Of a stretch of 64,000 nucleotides of DNA, positions 26,471-36,448 are shown piece after piece. How positions within the stretch are numbered: position 1 is the stretch's first letter; every line of letters begins with the position of its first letter. The position numbers and the translations under genes are program-made. Source of the stretch: Rhodothermales bacterium (GTDB taxonomy: Bacteria > Bacteroidota > Rhodothermia > Rhodothermales > VXPQ01); contig OX638295.1 in assembly GCA_951812345.1 (NCBI GenBank), positions 2,414,965-2,478,964 of the forward strand, given 5' to 3'. A model generated the notes under the pieces. It did not search any database. It saw only the letters and a program-made list of their open reading frames with translations, and was not told the origin of the DNA.

Positions 26471-28567
26471 CTACTCCTCAGCCTCCTTCACCACCTCGTC
26501 CTGCACGTGGCGGGGCATCGCCTCGTAATGGCTGAACGTGGCGTGGTGAATCCCGCGCCCCTGCGTCATGGACCGGAGCGACGTGGAATAGCGATACAAC
26601 TCCGCTTCCGGCACCTGCACGAGAATCTTCTGAAACACGCCTTCCGCCTCGATGCCCTGTATGCGGCCCCGGCGGGTGTTCATATCCCCCATCACTTCCC
26701 CGACGAAGCTTTCGGGCACGGTAATCGTCACATCGTAGATCGGCTCGAGAATAACCGGCGAAGCCGACCGAAACGCTTCGCGGAAACACATCCGTCCCGC
26801 CGTCTTGAACGCCGCATCGTTGGAATCGACCGGGTGCATTCCGCCGTCGTACACCACCACCCGGCAGTGCCCCACCGGATAACGCGCGATGGGACCGTCC
26901 TGCGTGGCTTCGAGGACCCCCTTCTGGATGGCGCCGAAGAACCGCCGCATGTCGATGACGCCCCCGACGATCCCATCTATGAAGTGAATTTTCGATCCCC
27001 AGTCCGTTTCGACCTCGGATTGGCCGCGCACGGAAATATCCGACGGCGGATTGAACTCCCCCTCGATCGGCTCGACCAGAATCGAAATGTCCGCGAACTG
27101 TCCGGCGCCGCCCGTCTGCTTCTTGTGCCGGTAGCTCGACCGGGCCTGCTTCGTGATCGTTTCGCGGTACGCCACGCGCGGCCTGGAAAAGACAATGCCC
27201 ACGCCGAAGCGGTTCTCCAGACGGTACCGCGCCACCTGCAAATGCATTTCTCCCTGCCCGCCCAGCGTCATCTGCCGCAGATGCGGATCGTGCACCACAA
27301 TCAGGGACGGGTCCTCTTCGCGAAGCTGGTGAAGGCCCTGAGCAAGACGATCCTCTTCGCCCTCGTTTTCGGAGCTGATCGCAGCCCGGTAGCGGGGTTC
27401 GGGAAAGGCGATCGGCTCGATGATCACCTTCGATCCTTTAGGCCGCAACGTGTTGTTCGTGTGCGAATTCTTGAGCTTCACGAGCGCGCCGATATCTCCG
27501 GCCACCATCTTCTGCACCGGATCCCGCTCGCGCCCATTGATGGCGAACAGTTGCCCCAACCGCTCGGTCGTCCCTGTCTGCGCATTCTCGAGGTCCATGC
27601 CCTGGGAAAGCGTGCCCGAATACACGCGCAGGAACGAATAATCGCCCACATGCTGTTCGGCCATCGTCTTGTAGATGAGCGCCACGGGCGACCCGGACGG
27701 ATCAGCCTGCACGGATTCGCCCGAATCGCTTTCCGCCGGAGAAGGCAGCACATTATCGATAAAACTCATCAGACGGGAAACGCCCACCGCACCGGGGGCG
27801 GACGTCACGAAAATCGGGAAAAGCTGCCGGTTCAACATGGCTTGGCGCAAACCTGCCCGCATTTCATCTTCGCTGAGCTCGCCCTTCTCGAAATAGAGGT
27901 CCATGAGCCCCTCGTCGTTCTCCGCAATATCCTCGATGAGCGTCGTGTGCAACTCCTCGGCTTCGTCGCGGAACGCTTCGTCGATGTCGCCGACTACAGG
28001 CTCCGTTTTTCCTTCCGGGTAGGTAAGCTGCTTCATGAGCAGCACATCGATGATCGCCCGCGTACCGCCTCCCACAGGAAGTTGCACCACGGTGGCGCCG
28101 TTCCCGAAGCGCTCCTTCATTTGCGCAATGAGCATCCGGAAATCCGCATCCCCCTTGTCCAGATGATTGATCACAAACATGGACGGCTTGCCGATCTGCT
28201 CCGCATAATTCCAGGCCAGTTCCGTCCCCACCTGCACACCCTCGACGGCATTCATCACGAAGATGGCGGTATCAGCCACCTTCAACGAGGAGATTACTTC
28301 GCCCACGAAATCAGGATAGCCGGGCGTATCGATGACATTGATCTTGTGCCCTTCCCACTCGGCATGCAGGAGCGAGGCGAAGATCGACATTTGCCGCTCG
28401 TGCTCGCTGGGATGAAAATCGGAAACCGTACTGTGGGCTTCGATCCCGCCCATGCGCCGCAGGGCGCCGCTTGCGAGCAACATGGCCTCGGCCAGCATCG
28501 TTTTACCGCTGCCCTGGTGTCCAACCAGCGCCACATTACGAATATGATCGGCGTCGTAGATGTTCAT
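26471..28567 (-). CDS. Elongation factor G paralogue (stand-alone, not in a str operon)
   Basis: G1 VALVGHQGSGKT, DTPGYPDF, full five-domain length; start at MNIYDADHIRN (alternative 28582). Confidence 0.85.
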   Translation of the reverse strand: MNIYDADHIRNVALVGHQGSGKTMLAEAMLLASGALRRMGGIEAHSTVSDFHPSEHERQMSIFASLLHAEWEGHKINVIDTPGYPDFVGEVISSLKVADTAIFVMNAVEGVQVGTELAWNYAEQIGKPSMFVINHLDKGDADFRMLIAQMKERFGNGATVVQLPVGGGTRAIIDVLLMKQLTYPEGKTEPVVGDIDEAFRDEAEELHTTLIEDIAENDEGLMDLYFEKGELSEDEMRAGLRQAMLNRQLFPIFVTSAPGAVGVSRLMSFIDNVLPSPAESDSGESVQADPSGSPVALIYKTMAEQHVGDYSFLRVYSGTLSQGMDLENAQTGTTERLGQLFAINGRERDPVQKMVAGDIGALVKLKNSHTNNTLRPKGSKVIIEPIAFPEPRYRAAISSENEGEEDRLAQGLHQLREEDPSLIVVHDPHLRQMTLGGQGEMHLQVARYRLENRFGVGIVFSRPRVAYRETITKQARSSYRHKKQTGGAGQFADISILVEPIEGEFNPPSDISVRGQSEVETDWGSKIHFIDGIVGGVIDMRRFFGAIQKGVLEATQDGPIARYPVGHCRVVVYDGGMHPVDSNDAAFKTAGRMCFREAFRSASPVILEPIYDVTITVPESFVGEVMGDMNTRRGRIQGIEAEGVFQKILVQVPEAELYRYSTSLRSMTQGRGIHHATFSHYEAMPRHVQDEVVKEAEE

Positions 28568-28729
28568 AAGTGCTTCTTTCAACGTCTCAGGAAAACAAAA
28601 AACCGCCGTATCCCCGCCGCGCCCGCAAGAGGCGCTGAGGGGCAGGTCGGAGACGGCGCCACAGGACCGGCAGCGTCCGCCTCAGAACCCATACGGCGCA
28701 CATTCGTCTAAAATACGTTTGTATGCGTT

Positions 28730-29494
28730 ATGATCCACAACGGTAATGCATTGAATATTCTTGCCCTCGAAACGGCTACGAACGCATGCAGCGTCGCCGT
28801 ATGGCGCAATGGAAAGATTGCGGCCCAGCTGACCTTGCGGCGTACTCGTATGCATGATGCCCAGCTGGTTCCGATGATCGGCGATGCACTGCGATATGCC
28901 GGTATTGCGGCTGCGGATCTGGCGGCCGTGGCCGTATCGAGCGGCCCCGGATCGTACACCGGATTACGGATCGGTACAGCCACCGCAAAAGGGCTGGCCG
29001 AGGCAACGGGGGCGCAACTCGTATCCGTGCCGGGTCCGGAAGCATGGGCGCACCTTGCGCTTCCGTTGGCCGTGCCGGACGACCACATTGTCGCCGCGTT
29101 CGACGCCCGGAGGAACGAGGCGTACGCAGCGGCTTTCCTGGTTACTCCGGGCAGCGCGCTCAAAACGCTGCGCGAGACCTCGGTTATCCAGGTCGAGGAG
29201 GCAGCCGAATGGCTGGGCAACCCAGCGAAAGGTCGTCTGTATATCGTGGGAGATGGGCAGACGAAGCTATACGCGCAGTTGGCTCAGCGGCACGGGGCGA
29301 ACGGGCATGCACCCGAGATACTCGCCCCGGACGACGAACGCATTGCCCCTGCCTCCGTAGCGGTGGCGCGCCTCGGCGCTGCCAAATTCGAGCGAGGCGA
29401 AGTCGAGGACATCGCTTCCTTCGAACCGCATTATCTGAAGGAGTTCGCTGCCGCAGTCCCTGAAAAAACAGCGTTCCAAAAATTGGCCATCTGA
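28730..29494 (+). CDS. tsaB: tRNA t6A37 biosynthesis protein TsaB
   Basis: ILALETATNACSVAV N-terminus and SGPGSYTGLRIGTATAKGLA motif. Confidence 0.8.
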   Translation: MIHNGNALNILALETATNACSVAVWRNGKIAAQLTLRRTRMHDAQLVPMIGDALRYAGIAAADLAAVAVSSGPGSYTGLRIGTATAKGLAEATGAQLVSVPGPEAWAHLALPLAVPDDHIVAAFDARRNEAYAAAFLVTPGSALKTLRETSVIQVEEAAEWLGNPAKGRLYIVGDGQTKLYAQLAQRHGANGHAPEILAPDDERIAPASVAVARLGAAKFERGEVEDIASFEPHYLKEFAAAVPEKTAFQKLAI

Positions 29495-29495
29495 T

Positions 29496-30350
29496 ATGAC
29501 GTGGTTCAAGCGACAGAAGGCGGGTATCCTGACCGAACTGGCGGAAAAGAACGAGATCCCCGATGGGCAGTGGGCGAAATGCCCCAAAACCGGCGAGATC
29601 GTCAACCGGCGCGAGATCGAGGACAACGCCATGGTCGTACCCGCCTCCGGGTATCACTTTTTCATGGACAGCCTCGGGTATTTCCGCCTCCTCTACGACG
29701 ACGGAGATTTCGAGCTGTTCGACGAAAATCTGTATTCGACCGACCCGCTCGAATTCGCCGACCGCAAGCGTTACGCGGACCGCCTTGACGCCGCCAAACA
29801 AAAAACCGGCCTGAACGATGCGGCGCGTGCTGCGCTGGGCAAGGTCGGCGGACACCTCCTATCTGCGGCTGCCATGGATTTTGCGTTCATCGGCGGATCC
29901 ATGGGATCCGTAGTGGGCGAAGTCGTTGCGCGCGCCATCAAGCGGGCCGAAGAAAAGCAGACGGCCCTGCTCATTATTTCGCAAAGCGGCGGAGCACGCA
30001 TGATGGAGGGCGCCCTCAGTCTCATGCAAATGGCGAAAACGAGCGCCCTGCTAAGCAGGCTGGATGCGGCGGGCCTCCCCTTCATCTCCCTTATGACCAA
30101 CCCGACCACCGGCGGCGTTACCGCTTCGTTCGCCATGCTGGGGGATTTCAATCTTGCCGAGCCGGGCGCCCTGATCGGCTTCGCAGGGCCGCGGGTGATC
30201 CGGGAAACGATCGGGGCGGACCTGCCGGACGGCTTCCAGAGTTCCGAATTTCTTCAGGAGCACGGCTTCGTGGATTTCGTGGTGGACCGGCGCCACCTGC
30301 GTGAACAGCTCATCCGGCTGCTGGATCACACGATGCAGGGACAAAGCTGA
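29496..30350 (+). CDS. accD: Acetyl-CoA carboxylase carboxyltransferase beta subunit
   Basis: FAFIGGSMGSVVGE and LISQSGGARMMEG motifs. Confidence 0.85.
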   Translation: MTWFKRQKAGILTELAEKNEIPDGQWAKCPKTGEIVNRREIEDNAMVVPASGYHFFMDSLGYFRLLYDDGDFELFDENLYSTDPLEFADRKRYADRLDAAKQKTGLNDAARAALGKVGGHLLSAAAMDFAFIGGSMGSVVGEVVARAIKRAEEKQTALLIISQSGGARMMEGALSLMQMAKTSALLSRLDAAGLPFISLMTNPTTGGVTASFAMLGDFNLAEPGALIGFAGPRVIRETIGADLPDGFQSSEFLQEHGFVDFVVDRRHLREQLIRLLDHTMQGQS

Positions 30351-30386
30351 CGAACCGGGGGCATACCCCCTGCGCGGTTCCCGCGA

Positions 30387-30686
30387 CTACTCCTGCACGT
30401 CGTATATCTTCACGTCTTCCCAGAGGTGATTGCATTCGTTGCGGAAGCGGTCGTGTACGGGATCGTCCTGGTAAAAATCATGCCCCGCCTTGTCGTCGAA
30501 AACAACCACGAGGCCGCAGGAATAGTCGCGGTATACGACCGGGCGGTGGGTATCGGCAGGCGCTCCGACGAACCCGTGGCGGACCGTTTCAATTCCGAGC
30601 AGGGACCGGACCCCCTCATCGAATTCCTGGCGGCCTTCGGCGGTCAAATCGTCCCGAAGCCGGAAAAACACGCAATGAATAAACAT
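30387..30686 (-). CDS. Dabb (stress-responsive A/B barrel) protein
   Basis: MFIHCVFFRL...GFVGAPADT...VVVFDDKAGHDFYQDDPVH pattern. Confidence 0.7.
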   Translation of the reverse strand: MFIHCVFFRLRDDLTAEGRQEFDEGVRSLLGIETVRHGFVGAPADTHRPVVYRDYSCGLVVVFDDKAGHDFYQDDPVHDRFRNECNHLWEDVKIYDVQE

Positions 30687-30776
30687 GGCAGGCTGTAAAT
30701 GAATCAGTGAGCGAATGGCGATGCGGAGCCGTAAAGTACGGCGCGAAACGGATCGGCGTCAGAGTGAAGCGGTTTT

Positions 30777-30793
30777 GATCAGAGTATCCTTTA
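30777..30793 (-). repeat. Copy of dispersed motif (forward form on the minus strand)
   Basis: Plus strand GATCAGAGTATCCTTTA; overlaps the MOSC gene TAA stop. Confidence 0.5.
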
Positions 30794-31636
30794 CCGGCGT
30801 AATGTCGGCTGTACGATGTCACCCCGGCGGATGGTTCCGGGGTGCAGCGGAATAAGATTCTGGCCAAAAAACACTTTCCCGTCCTCGCCCCGGCGAAACG
30901 TCTCCAGGGTCCGCAGCGGTTCCTTGCCCTGTACGCCTGTCTCCTGATCGACCGTTGTCACGATGCAGCGGGCGCATGCCTTGGCCACAAGAAAATCCAT
31001 CTCCCCGATGCGCACGCGATCCCAGGTGTCCTCGGCGAATGCCTCGACCCCCGACACGACGAGATTCGGCCGGAAACGATGTATGGGCACCGGCTCGTCC
31101 AGCCGCGCATTGAGCGCCTCCAGAGATGCTTCGGAAATAAGCAGCGCCGGAAAAGAATCCGCAAAACTCACGACGTCCCCGGGCTTGCCGTACCCGGTCT
31201 CGACCGGTCGGCTGGCCGGATCGTCCAGGTACACAAGCCGGCATTCGGTTCCGAGAAACCGGCTGAACCATTCGTGCGCCCTGCTGTCCGCCTCGGCGGC
31301 GGGAATACTATCGCCCCATACCTCCACGGATGCCCGCGCTGCCCCGTCCGGCTGCGCCACAACCAGATCCTCCTGCCCCGGCGCCTGCACCCGCAGCCCC
31401 TCCGGAGACGCCGCCGCCCGGATCAGCGCCAGCCTGGGCGCCGTGCGCTGCGACATGAATTTGCCGTCCGGATCGGCCACCATCCACCGGCGGTCCATAC
31501 GGAGACCCTGCGGCTCGACTACCGACGCTTCCAGCGCTACCCGCCGCGTCGATTTGACAGGATAAATGTAGATGGCGGTAAGGCGACCCGTCGCCGATGC
31601 TTCCGCTTCCTTCGCAGGCATGTCCCTTGAGCTCAT
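30791..31636 (-). CDS. MOSC-domain protein (MOSC_N beta-barrel plus MOSC)
   Basis: IYIYPVKS N-terminus, FADSFPALLISEASL, conserved Cys in KACARCIVTTVDQETG. Confidence 0.8.
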   Translation of the reverse strand: MSSRDMPAKEAEASATGRLTAIYIYPVKSTRRVALEASVVEPQGLRMDRRWMVADPDGKFMSQRTAPRLALIRAAASPEGLRVQAPGQEDLVVAQPDGAARASVEVWGDSIPAAEADSRAHEWFSRFLGTECRLVYLDDPASRPVETGYGKPGDVVSFADSFPALLISEASLEALNARLDEPVPIHRFRPNLVVSGVEAFAEDTWDRVRIGEMDFLVAKACARCIVTTVDQETGVQGKEPLRTLETFRRGEDGKVFFGQNLIPLHPGTIRRGDIVQPTLRR

Positions 31637-31645
31637 GAATAATCT

Positions 31646-31662
31646 TTAAGGATACTCTGACC
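31646..31662 (+). repeat. Copy of dispersed motif
   Basis: TTAAGGATACTCTGACC; 10 nt from the MOSC start codon; inverted relative to the copy at 30777..30793. Confidence 0.5.
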
Positions 31663-31860
31663 GAAACCGCTTCGCTCAGCGCTTCACGTTCGTGCGTAAA
31701 AGATATGGAAACATGACATACGGATCGGTTCTGGATACAGCCCTGCACGGGAAATCGCACGAAAGAAAGTGGCGCATACCCGATCCGGTGGCCTATCTTT
31801 CCCGCGAAACGCGCCGGTACGTCCGGCGCGCCTATTCATCGCCCTCCTTCCCGCAAGATC

Positions 31861-33210
31861 ATGAAACGCAGGCACTTTCTGAAAACCGGCGCCATGCTCG
31901 CCGCAGCCTCCGCGCTCCCCGGCATGGCCATGACCCCCTGGGGCCGGAACGCCCCCCGCGTAGGTCTCATCGGGTGCGGCTGGTACGGCAAAACGGACCT
32001 GCTCCGGCTGATCCAGGTGGCCCCCGTAGAGGTTACGTCGCTGTGCGATGTGGACCGGAACATGCTGAACGGGGCAGTGGACATCGTCGCCGGACGGCAG
32101 GCTTCCGGAAACCGTCCGCGCGCGTTCGCCGACTACCGGGAAATGCTCCAGGCGGGCGACCTCGACCTCGTGCTGATCGACACGCCGGATCACTGGCACG
32201 CGCTGCCCATGATCGACGCCTGCCGCGCCGGGCTGGACGTGTGGGTGCAAAAGCCTGTCGGCGTGGACGTGGTGGAAGGGCAGGCGATGGTTGCCGCCGC
32301 CCGCAAGTACGGGCGCGTCGTGCAGGTAGGGATGCAGCGGCGCAGCACGCCCCACCTCATAGAGGCCCGCGATCGGTATGTGCGCTCGGGGCGGCTCGGA
32401 AAAATCCGGCTTTCGGAAACGTACTGCTATTACCATATGCGCACGCGCCGGAATCCTCCGGCCATCGCGCCCCCGGACGAACTGGACTACGAAATGTGGG
32501 CAGGCCCGGCGCCCAAAATACCGTTCAACGAGATCGTCCACCCGCGCGGATGGCGCAATTTCATGGAATACAGCAACGGCATCATCGGCGACATGTGCGT
32601 ACACATGCTGGATACGGTGCGCTGGATGCTCGACCTCGGGTGGCCGAAGCGGATCACATCCACCGGGGGGATTCTCGTGGATACCGACAGCATCGCCACC
32701 ACGCCGGACACGCAGACGGCCACCTTCGAGTACGACGATCTACCGATCCTGTGGCAGCACAGGGCCTGGGGGCACGCCGCCGATCCGGATTATCCCTGGG
32801 GGGCGACCCTGTACGGCGAACACGGCACGCTCAAGATGAGCGTACATTCGTACGATTTCATTCCGCGCGGGGACGAAGAACCGGAACGCGGCGAGGCCCT
32901 CTACGAATACGACCGCTACCCGGAGGACCGCACCGAGCAGGACCTCGAACGGCATGTGGCGTCCGCGATCCGGGGGCACATGGTCGACTTTCTGGATGCG
33001 ATCGAACAACGATCCCGGCCGGTAGCGGATATCGAGGAAGGCCATATCTCGGCAGCCTCCTGCATTCTCGCGAACATTTCCATGGCCCTGGGCCGGAGCC
33101 TCGAATGGGACGCCGCCGCAGGCCGGGTCGCGGGCGACGAGGAGGCCAACGCCCTGCTGGCCCGGCCCTACCGCGCCCCGTGGGCGCATCCGGATCCGGA
33201 GAAGGTGTAA
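31861..33210 (+). CDS. TAT-exported Gfo/Idh/MocA-family oxidoreductase
   Basis: MKRRHFLKTGAMLAAASALPGMA twin-arginine signal; GLIGCGWYGK Rossmann motif; DTPDHWHA. Confidence 0.85.
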   Translation: MKRRHFLKTGAMLAAASALPGMAMTPWGRNAPRVGLIGCGWYGKTDLLRLIQVAPVEVTSLCDVDRNMLNGAVDIVAGRQASGNRPRAFADYREMLQAGDLDLVLIDTPDHWHALPMIDACRAGLDVWVQKPVGVDVVEGQAMVAAARKYGRVVQVGMQRRSTPHLIEARDRYVRSGRLGKIRLSETYCYYHMRTRRNPPAIAPPDELDYEMWAGPAPKIPFNEIVHPRGWRNFMEYSNGIIGDMCVHMLDTVRWMLDLGWPKRITSTGGILVDTDSIATTPDTQTATFEYDDLPILWQHRAWGHAADPDYPWGATLYGEHGTLKMSVHSYDFIPRGDEEPERGEALYEYDRYPEDRTEQDLERHVASAIRGHMVDFLDAIEQRSRPVADIEEGHISAASCILANISMALGRSLEWDAAAGRVAGDEEANALLARPYRAPWAHPDPEKV

Positions 33211-33253
33211 CCCGCCCGTACGCAATGCCTCACGCACCCGCTCGCAACGCATC

Positions 33254-34303
33254 ATGACCGAACCCGCCTGGGACCTGCCCAAAGACCTCGATGCCGCGTC
33301 GTGGGAACGGATGGCGGATATCGTCCCCCGGCACTACGTGTGTCATTATGTCGAGGATGCCCCGAGGATAGACGGCAAACTGGATAAAAAACTCTGGCAA
33401 GAGGCGCCCTGGAGCGAACTCTTCACGGACATCGAGGGAGACCGGAAACCCGCGCCGAGGCAGGAAACGCGCATGGCGATGCGCTGGGACAACGCCTGTC
33501 TGTACATCGCTGCGCGCCTCGAAGAAACGCATGTGTGGGGATCGCTCACCGAGCCGAACAGCGTGATCTTCCAGGACAACGATTTCGAGGTGTTCATCGA
33601 TCCGGACGGCGACCACCACCGGTACTGGGAAATGGAGGTCAACGCGCTGAACACCCTCTGGCAACTGGCGCTGGAAAAACCGTACCGGGACGGGGGGCCT
33701 CCCATATCTCCGGCGCCCATTGCGGGGCTACGGTCGGCGGTATATGTAGAGGGCACCCTCAATGCCCCGCACGACACGGATACGTACTGGTCCGTGGAAA
33801 TCGCCATCCCGTGGCGCGGCCTGGCGCCCTACGCTCCGCAGGGAGGCGCGCCTCCCGAAGAAGGCGCACAGTGGCGAATGAACTTCTCCCGGGTCCAGTG
33901 GCAGCACGAAATCCGCGAAGGCGTCTACCGAAAAAAACCCGACACGCCGGAGGACAACTGGGTCTGGTCCCCGCAGGGCGTGGTGGACATGCACCGCCCC
34001 GAGCGATGGGGCTTCGTGCAGTTCACGCGGGCGCGGCCCGGAGAAACGGCGTTCCGACCGGATCCGACCTTTCCGGCGCGCGAGGCGCTCATGGCCGTGT
34101 ACTATGCACAGCGGGCCTTCTTCAAGACGCACGGACGCTGGGCGAAATCCCTGCAGGACCTGCCGGATTCCCTGTCGGAAAACATCCGCCTGACGTCCGA
34201 CGGCGAAGGCTGGATCGCGGAAATGCCCACCGAAACCGCCGACGGGAGCCCGTGCACGGTGCGGGTGGACGAGGCGTCGCGGATGACGGTGGAGGAGGAA
34301 TAG
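33254..34303 (+). CDS. Carbohydrate-binding family 9-like (DOMON-like) protein
   Basis: WQEAPWSELFTDIEGD...RMAMRWDNACLYIAARLEE...DNDFEVFIDPDGDHHRYWEMEVNALN pattern. Confidence 0.6.
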   Translation: MTEPAWDLPKDLDAASWERMADIVPRHYVCHYVEDAPRIDGKLDKKLWQEAPWSELFTDIEGDRKPAPRQETRMAMRWDNACLYIAARLEETHVWGSLTEPNSVIFQDNDFEVFIDPDGDHHRYWEMEVNALNTLWQLALEKPYRDGGPPISPAPIAGLRSAVYVEGTLNAPHDTDTYWSVEIAIPWRGLAPYAPQGGAPPEEGAQWRMNFSRVQWQHEIREGVYRKKPDTPEDNWVWSPQGVVDMHRPERWGFVQFTRARPGETAFRPDPTFPAREALMAVYYAQRAFFKTHGRWAKSLQDLPDSLSENIRLTSDGEGWIAEMPTETADGSPCTVRVDEASRMTVEEE

Positions 34304-34334
34304 AATGGACGCAGACAAACAGTGATCCGGGCGT

Positions 34335-36245
34335 CTAATACACCTCCGTCACCCCCTGTTCCTCGGCGAGGGCCGGTTCCAGCGCAAAGCGGATGTACAG
34401 CGCATCGGGGCCGTACACCGTATCGTCCTGCGCCTGCTCCATGACGCGCCGCATCGCTGCTGCGGCAGGGGCCGCCTTGTCGCCCAGCAATTGCAGGGCG
34501 CGAGCCGCCCGGAGCACATCCAGCGGATCGCCGGTCTCCAGCACCTCCTCAAGCACGGCAAGAGCTTCCGAAGAACCGTCCAGCGCAACCAGCGCTGCCG
34601 CCGCCTCCGCGCGCACGGCGGGAACCGCATCGCCCAAGGCGTTCCGCAGCGCATCCCGGCTCAGGGGATCCCTGGCCCCGGTCACATGCAGCCCCAAGGC
34701 GGCCCAGTACCGCACCGCATCGTCCGGGTCCCTCAAAAGCGTGGCCTGCCTGTTCACAGCGCGCGGCTGCCCCACAAGGGTGGCCGTATCCAGCACGCGC
34801 GTAAGCGGGTAGACGGACGGATCTGCCGTAAATTCGAGGGGCGTTTGTCCCGTCCGGTCGGCCAGCCGCAACACTTCGGCTTCATCCATAAAGCCGATAT
34901 CCCGCGTCTCCACCTCCCATTGGGTCAGCCGGGCCCGCATCCGGTCCAGTACGTCGAGATACGCGGAAGAGGCGGCCAGATTGCGCAACTGGTGCGGGTC
35001 GGTCACGGTATCGAACAGTTCTTCCGGCGGCTTCGAGGGACCGGCGTAGGTCCTCTGCTCGGCATTCAGGGCGCCCGCCTCGGCCAACCGCGTAATGGCC
35101 TGGCGGATCGGCGCCTGATCCGAAAAGAATTCCGGCTGGTTCCAGGACAGGTGCGGGTGGTAATGGCGAATGTACAGAAAACGTTCGTCGCGCACGGAAC
35201 GCGCAATGTCGTACGCCTCGTCCACCCGGTCCCGCGCACCGAATACGAACTCCCGTTCCGTCGCCGAATCCTCGCCCAGAAACGGCATGCCCTGCATATG
35301 CTCCGGCGCATCGCGGCCGACCAGGCGGAGCATCGTGGGCGCGAAATCCACGAAACTCACCAGTCGATCCGTGGACGAACCAGGGGGAACCGGCGCCAGA
35401 TGTTGCCATTGCTCGGGAAAATAGATAACCAGCGGCACATGCAAACCGGAGTCGTAGAGCACCCGCTTGCCGCGCGGCAGGCCCGTCCCGTGATCCCCGT
35501 AGAAAAACACGATGGTGTTGTCCGCTACGCCGTCCTCCTCCAGTTCGGCCAGCAGGCGCCCCACATGGGCGTCCATGGCGGTAACGGCGTCATAGTAGCG
35601 GGCCACCGTCTCGCGCACATCCGGGTCGTCCGGGTAATACGGGGGCAACGGCGCAAGGGCAGGGTCGTGCCGCCCCAGCGCATCGGCCAACTCGGGGAAC
35701 TCCGTATCCAGAAAGGAGATACGGCTCTGATGGGTGTGCATATGGTTGAAGACGGCAAAGAACGGCTGCCCGTCCTCGCGCCCCCGCCAGTGCGCCTGGG
35801 CGCTGCTCTCGTCCCAGGATTCGGCGATGAGGCGCGGCTCGGCGGCCGTGTTGTAGTCGGTCTTGACGTTGTTCGTCGTGTAATAGCCAAGCCCGCGCAG
35901 ATACGCCGGGAACCCTGTGACGTCGTCCGGAATGGGCGCCTGCGAGCGCAGACCCTGCGTACCCGCCGTCGTGGCGTATATGCCCGTAAGCAGCGTAAAC
36001 CGCGCCGGGGAACAGACAGGCGCGGTAGCGAACGCATTCGTGTACGTGACCCCTTGCCGCGCCAACCCGTCGATGTGGGGCGTTTCCGCATAGGCGTCGC
36101 CGTATGCGCCCAGATCGGCGCTCATGTCCTCCGACGTGAGCCACAGAATGTTCGGCAGATCGGAAGCGGACTCGGCGGCGTTTTCCGCCGATCCGCATCC
36201 CTGGAGCGCTGCGCAAAGAATCAGCAGCCCGGCAATCCGGGCCAT
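34335..36245 (-). CDS. Cys-type sulfatase lipoprotein with C-terminal HEAT-like repeats
   Basis: Start at MARIAGLLILCAALQGC (lipobox); active-site CSPARFTLLTG; C-terminal repeats (DDAVRYWAALGL, AVPAVRAEAAAALVAL, PLDVLRAARALQLLG). Confidence 0.8.
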   Translation of the reverse strand: MARIAGLLILCAALQGCGSAENAAESASDLPNILWLTSEDMSADLGAYGDAYAETPHIDGLARQGVTYTNAFATAPVCSPARFTLLTGIYATTAGTQGLRSQAPIPDDVTGFPAYLRGLGYYTTNNVKTDYNTAAEPRLIAESWDESSAQAHWRGREDGQPFFAVFNHMHTHQSRISFLDTEFPELADALGRHDPALAPLPPYYPDDPDVRETVARYYDAVTAMDAHVGRLLAELEEDGVADNTIVFFYGDHGTGLPRGKRVLYDSGLHVPLVIYFPEQWQHLAPVPPGSSTDRLVSFVDFAPTMLRLVGRDAPEHMQGMPFLGEDSATEREFVFGARDRVDEAYDIARSVRDERFLYIRHYHPHLSWNQPEFFSDQAPIRQAITRLAEAGALNAEQRTYAGPSKPPEELFDTVTDPHQLRNLAASSAYLDVLDRMRARLTQWEVETRDIGFMDEAEVLRLADRTGQTPLEFTADPSVYPLTRVLDTATLVGQPRAVNRQATLLRDPDDAVRYWAALGLHVTGARDPLSRDALRNALGDAVPAVRAEAAAALVALDGSSEALAVLEEVLETGDPLDVLRAARALQLLGDKAAPAAAAMRRVMEQAQDDTVYGPDALYIRFALEPALAEEQGVTEVY

Positions 36246-36448
36246 CGTCGTCGTTTTGAGAATTTCAGGAAATGGCACGATTATCGTCTCGCGATGTGAA
36301 TCCGGGAAAGATCGTATGATACGGACAGGCTGCGTGGAATCGCAATGAAGAAGCATCGGGGTAAAACCGCGATCGCGCGCGCTCGTTCACTGCATACGCA
36401 ATCCTGCCGAACCATCTCTCAAGGTCGGCAATCACCTCATGTGTCCAA

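Noticed and set aside
30356-30371. GGGGG-CATA-CCCCC hairpin between the convergent accD and Dabb genes as a bidirectional terminator
   Set aside because: The stem is only 5 bp and there is no U-tract on either side. Too weak to call.
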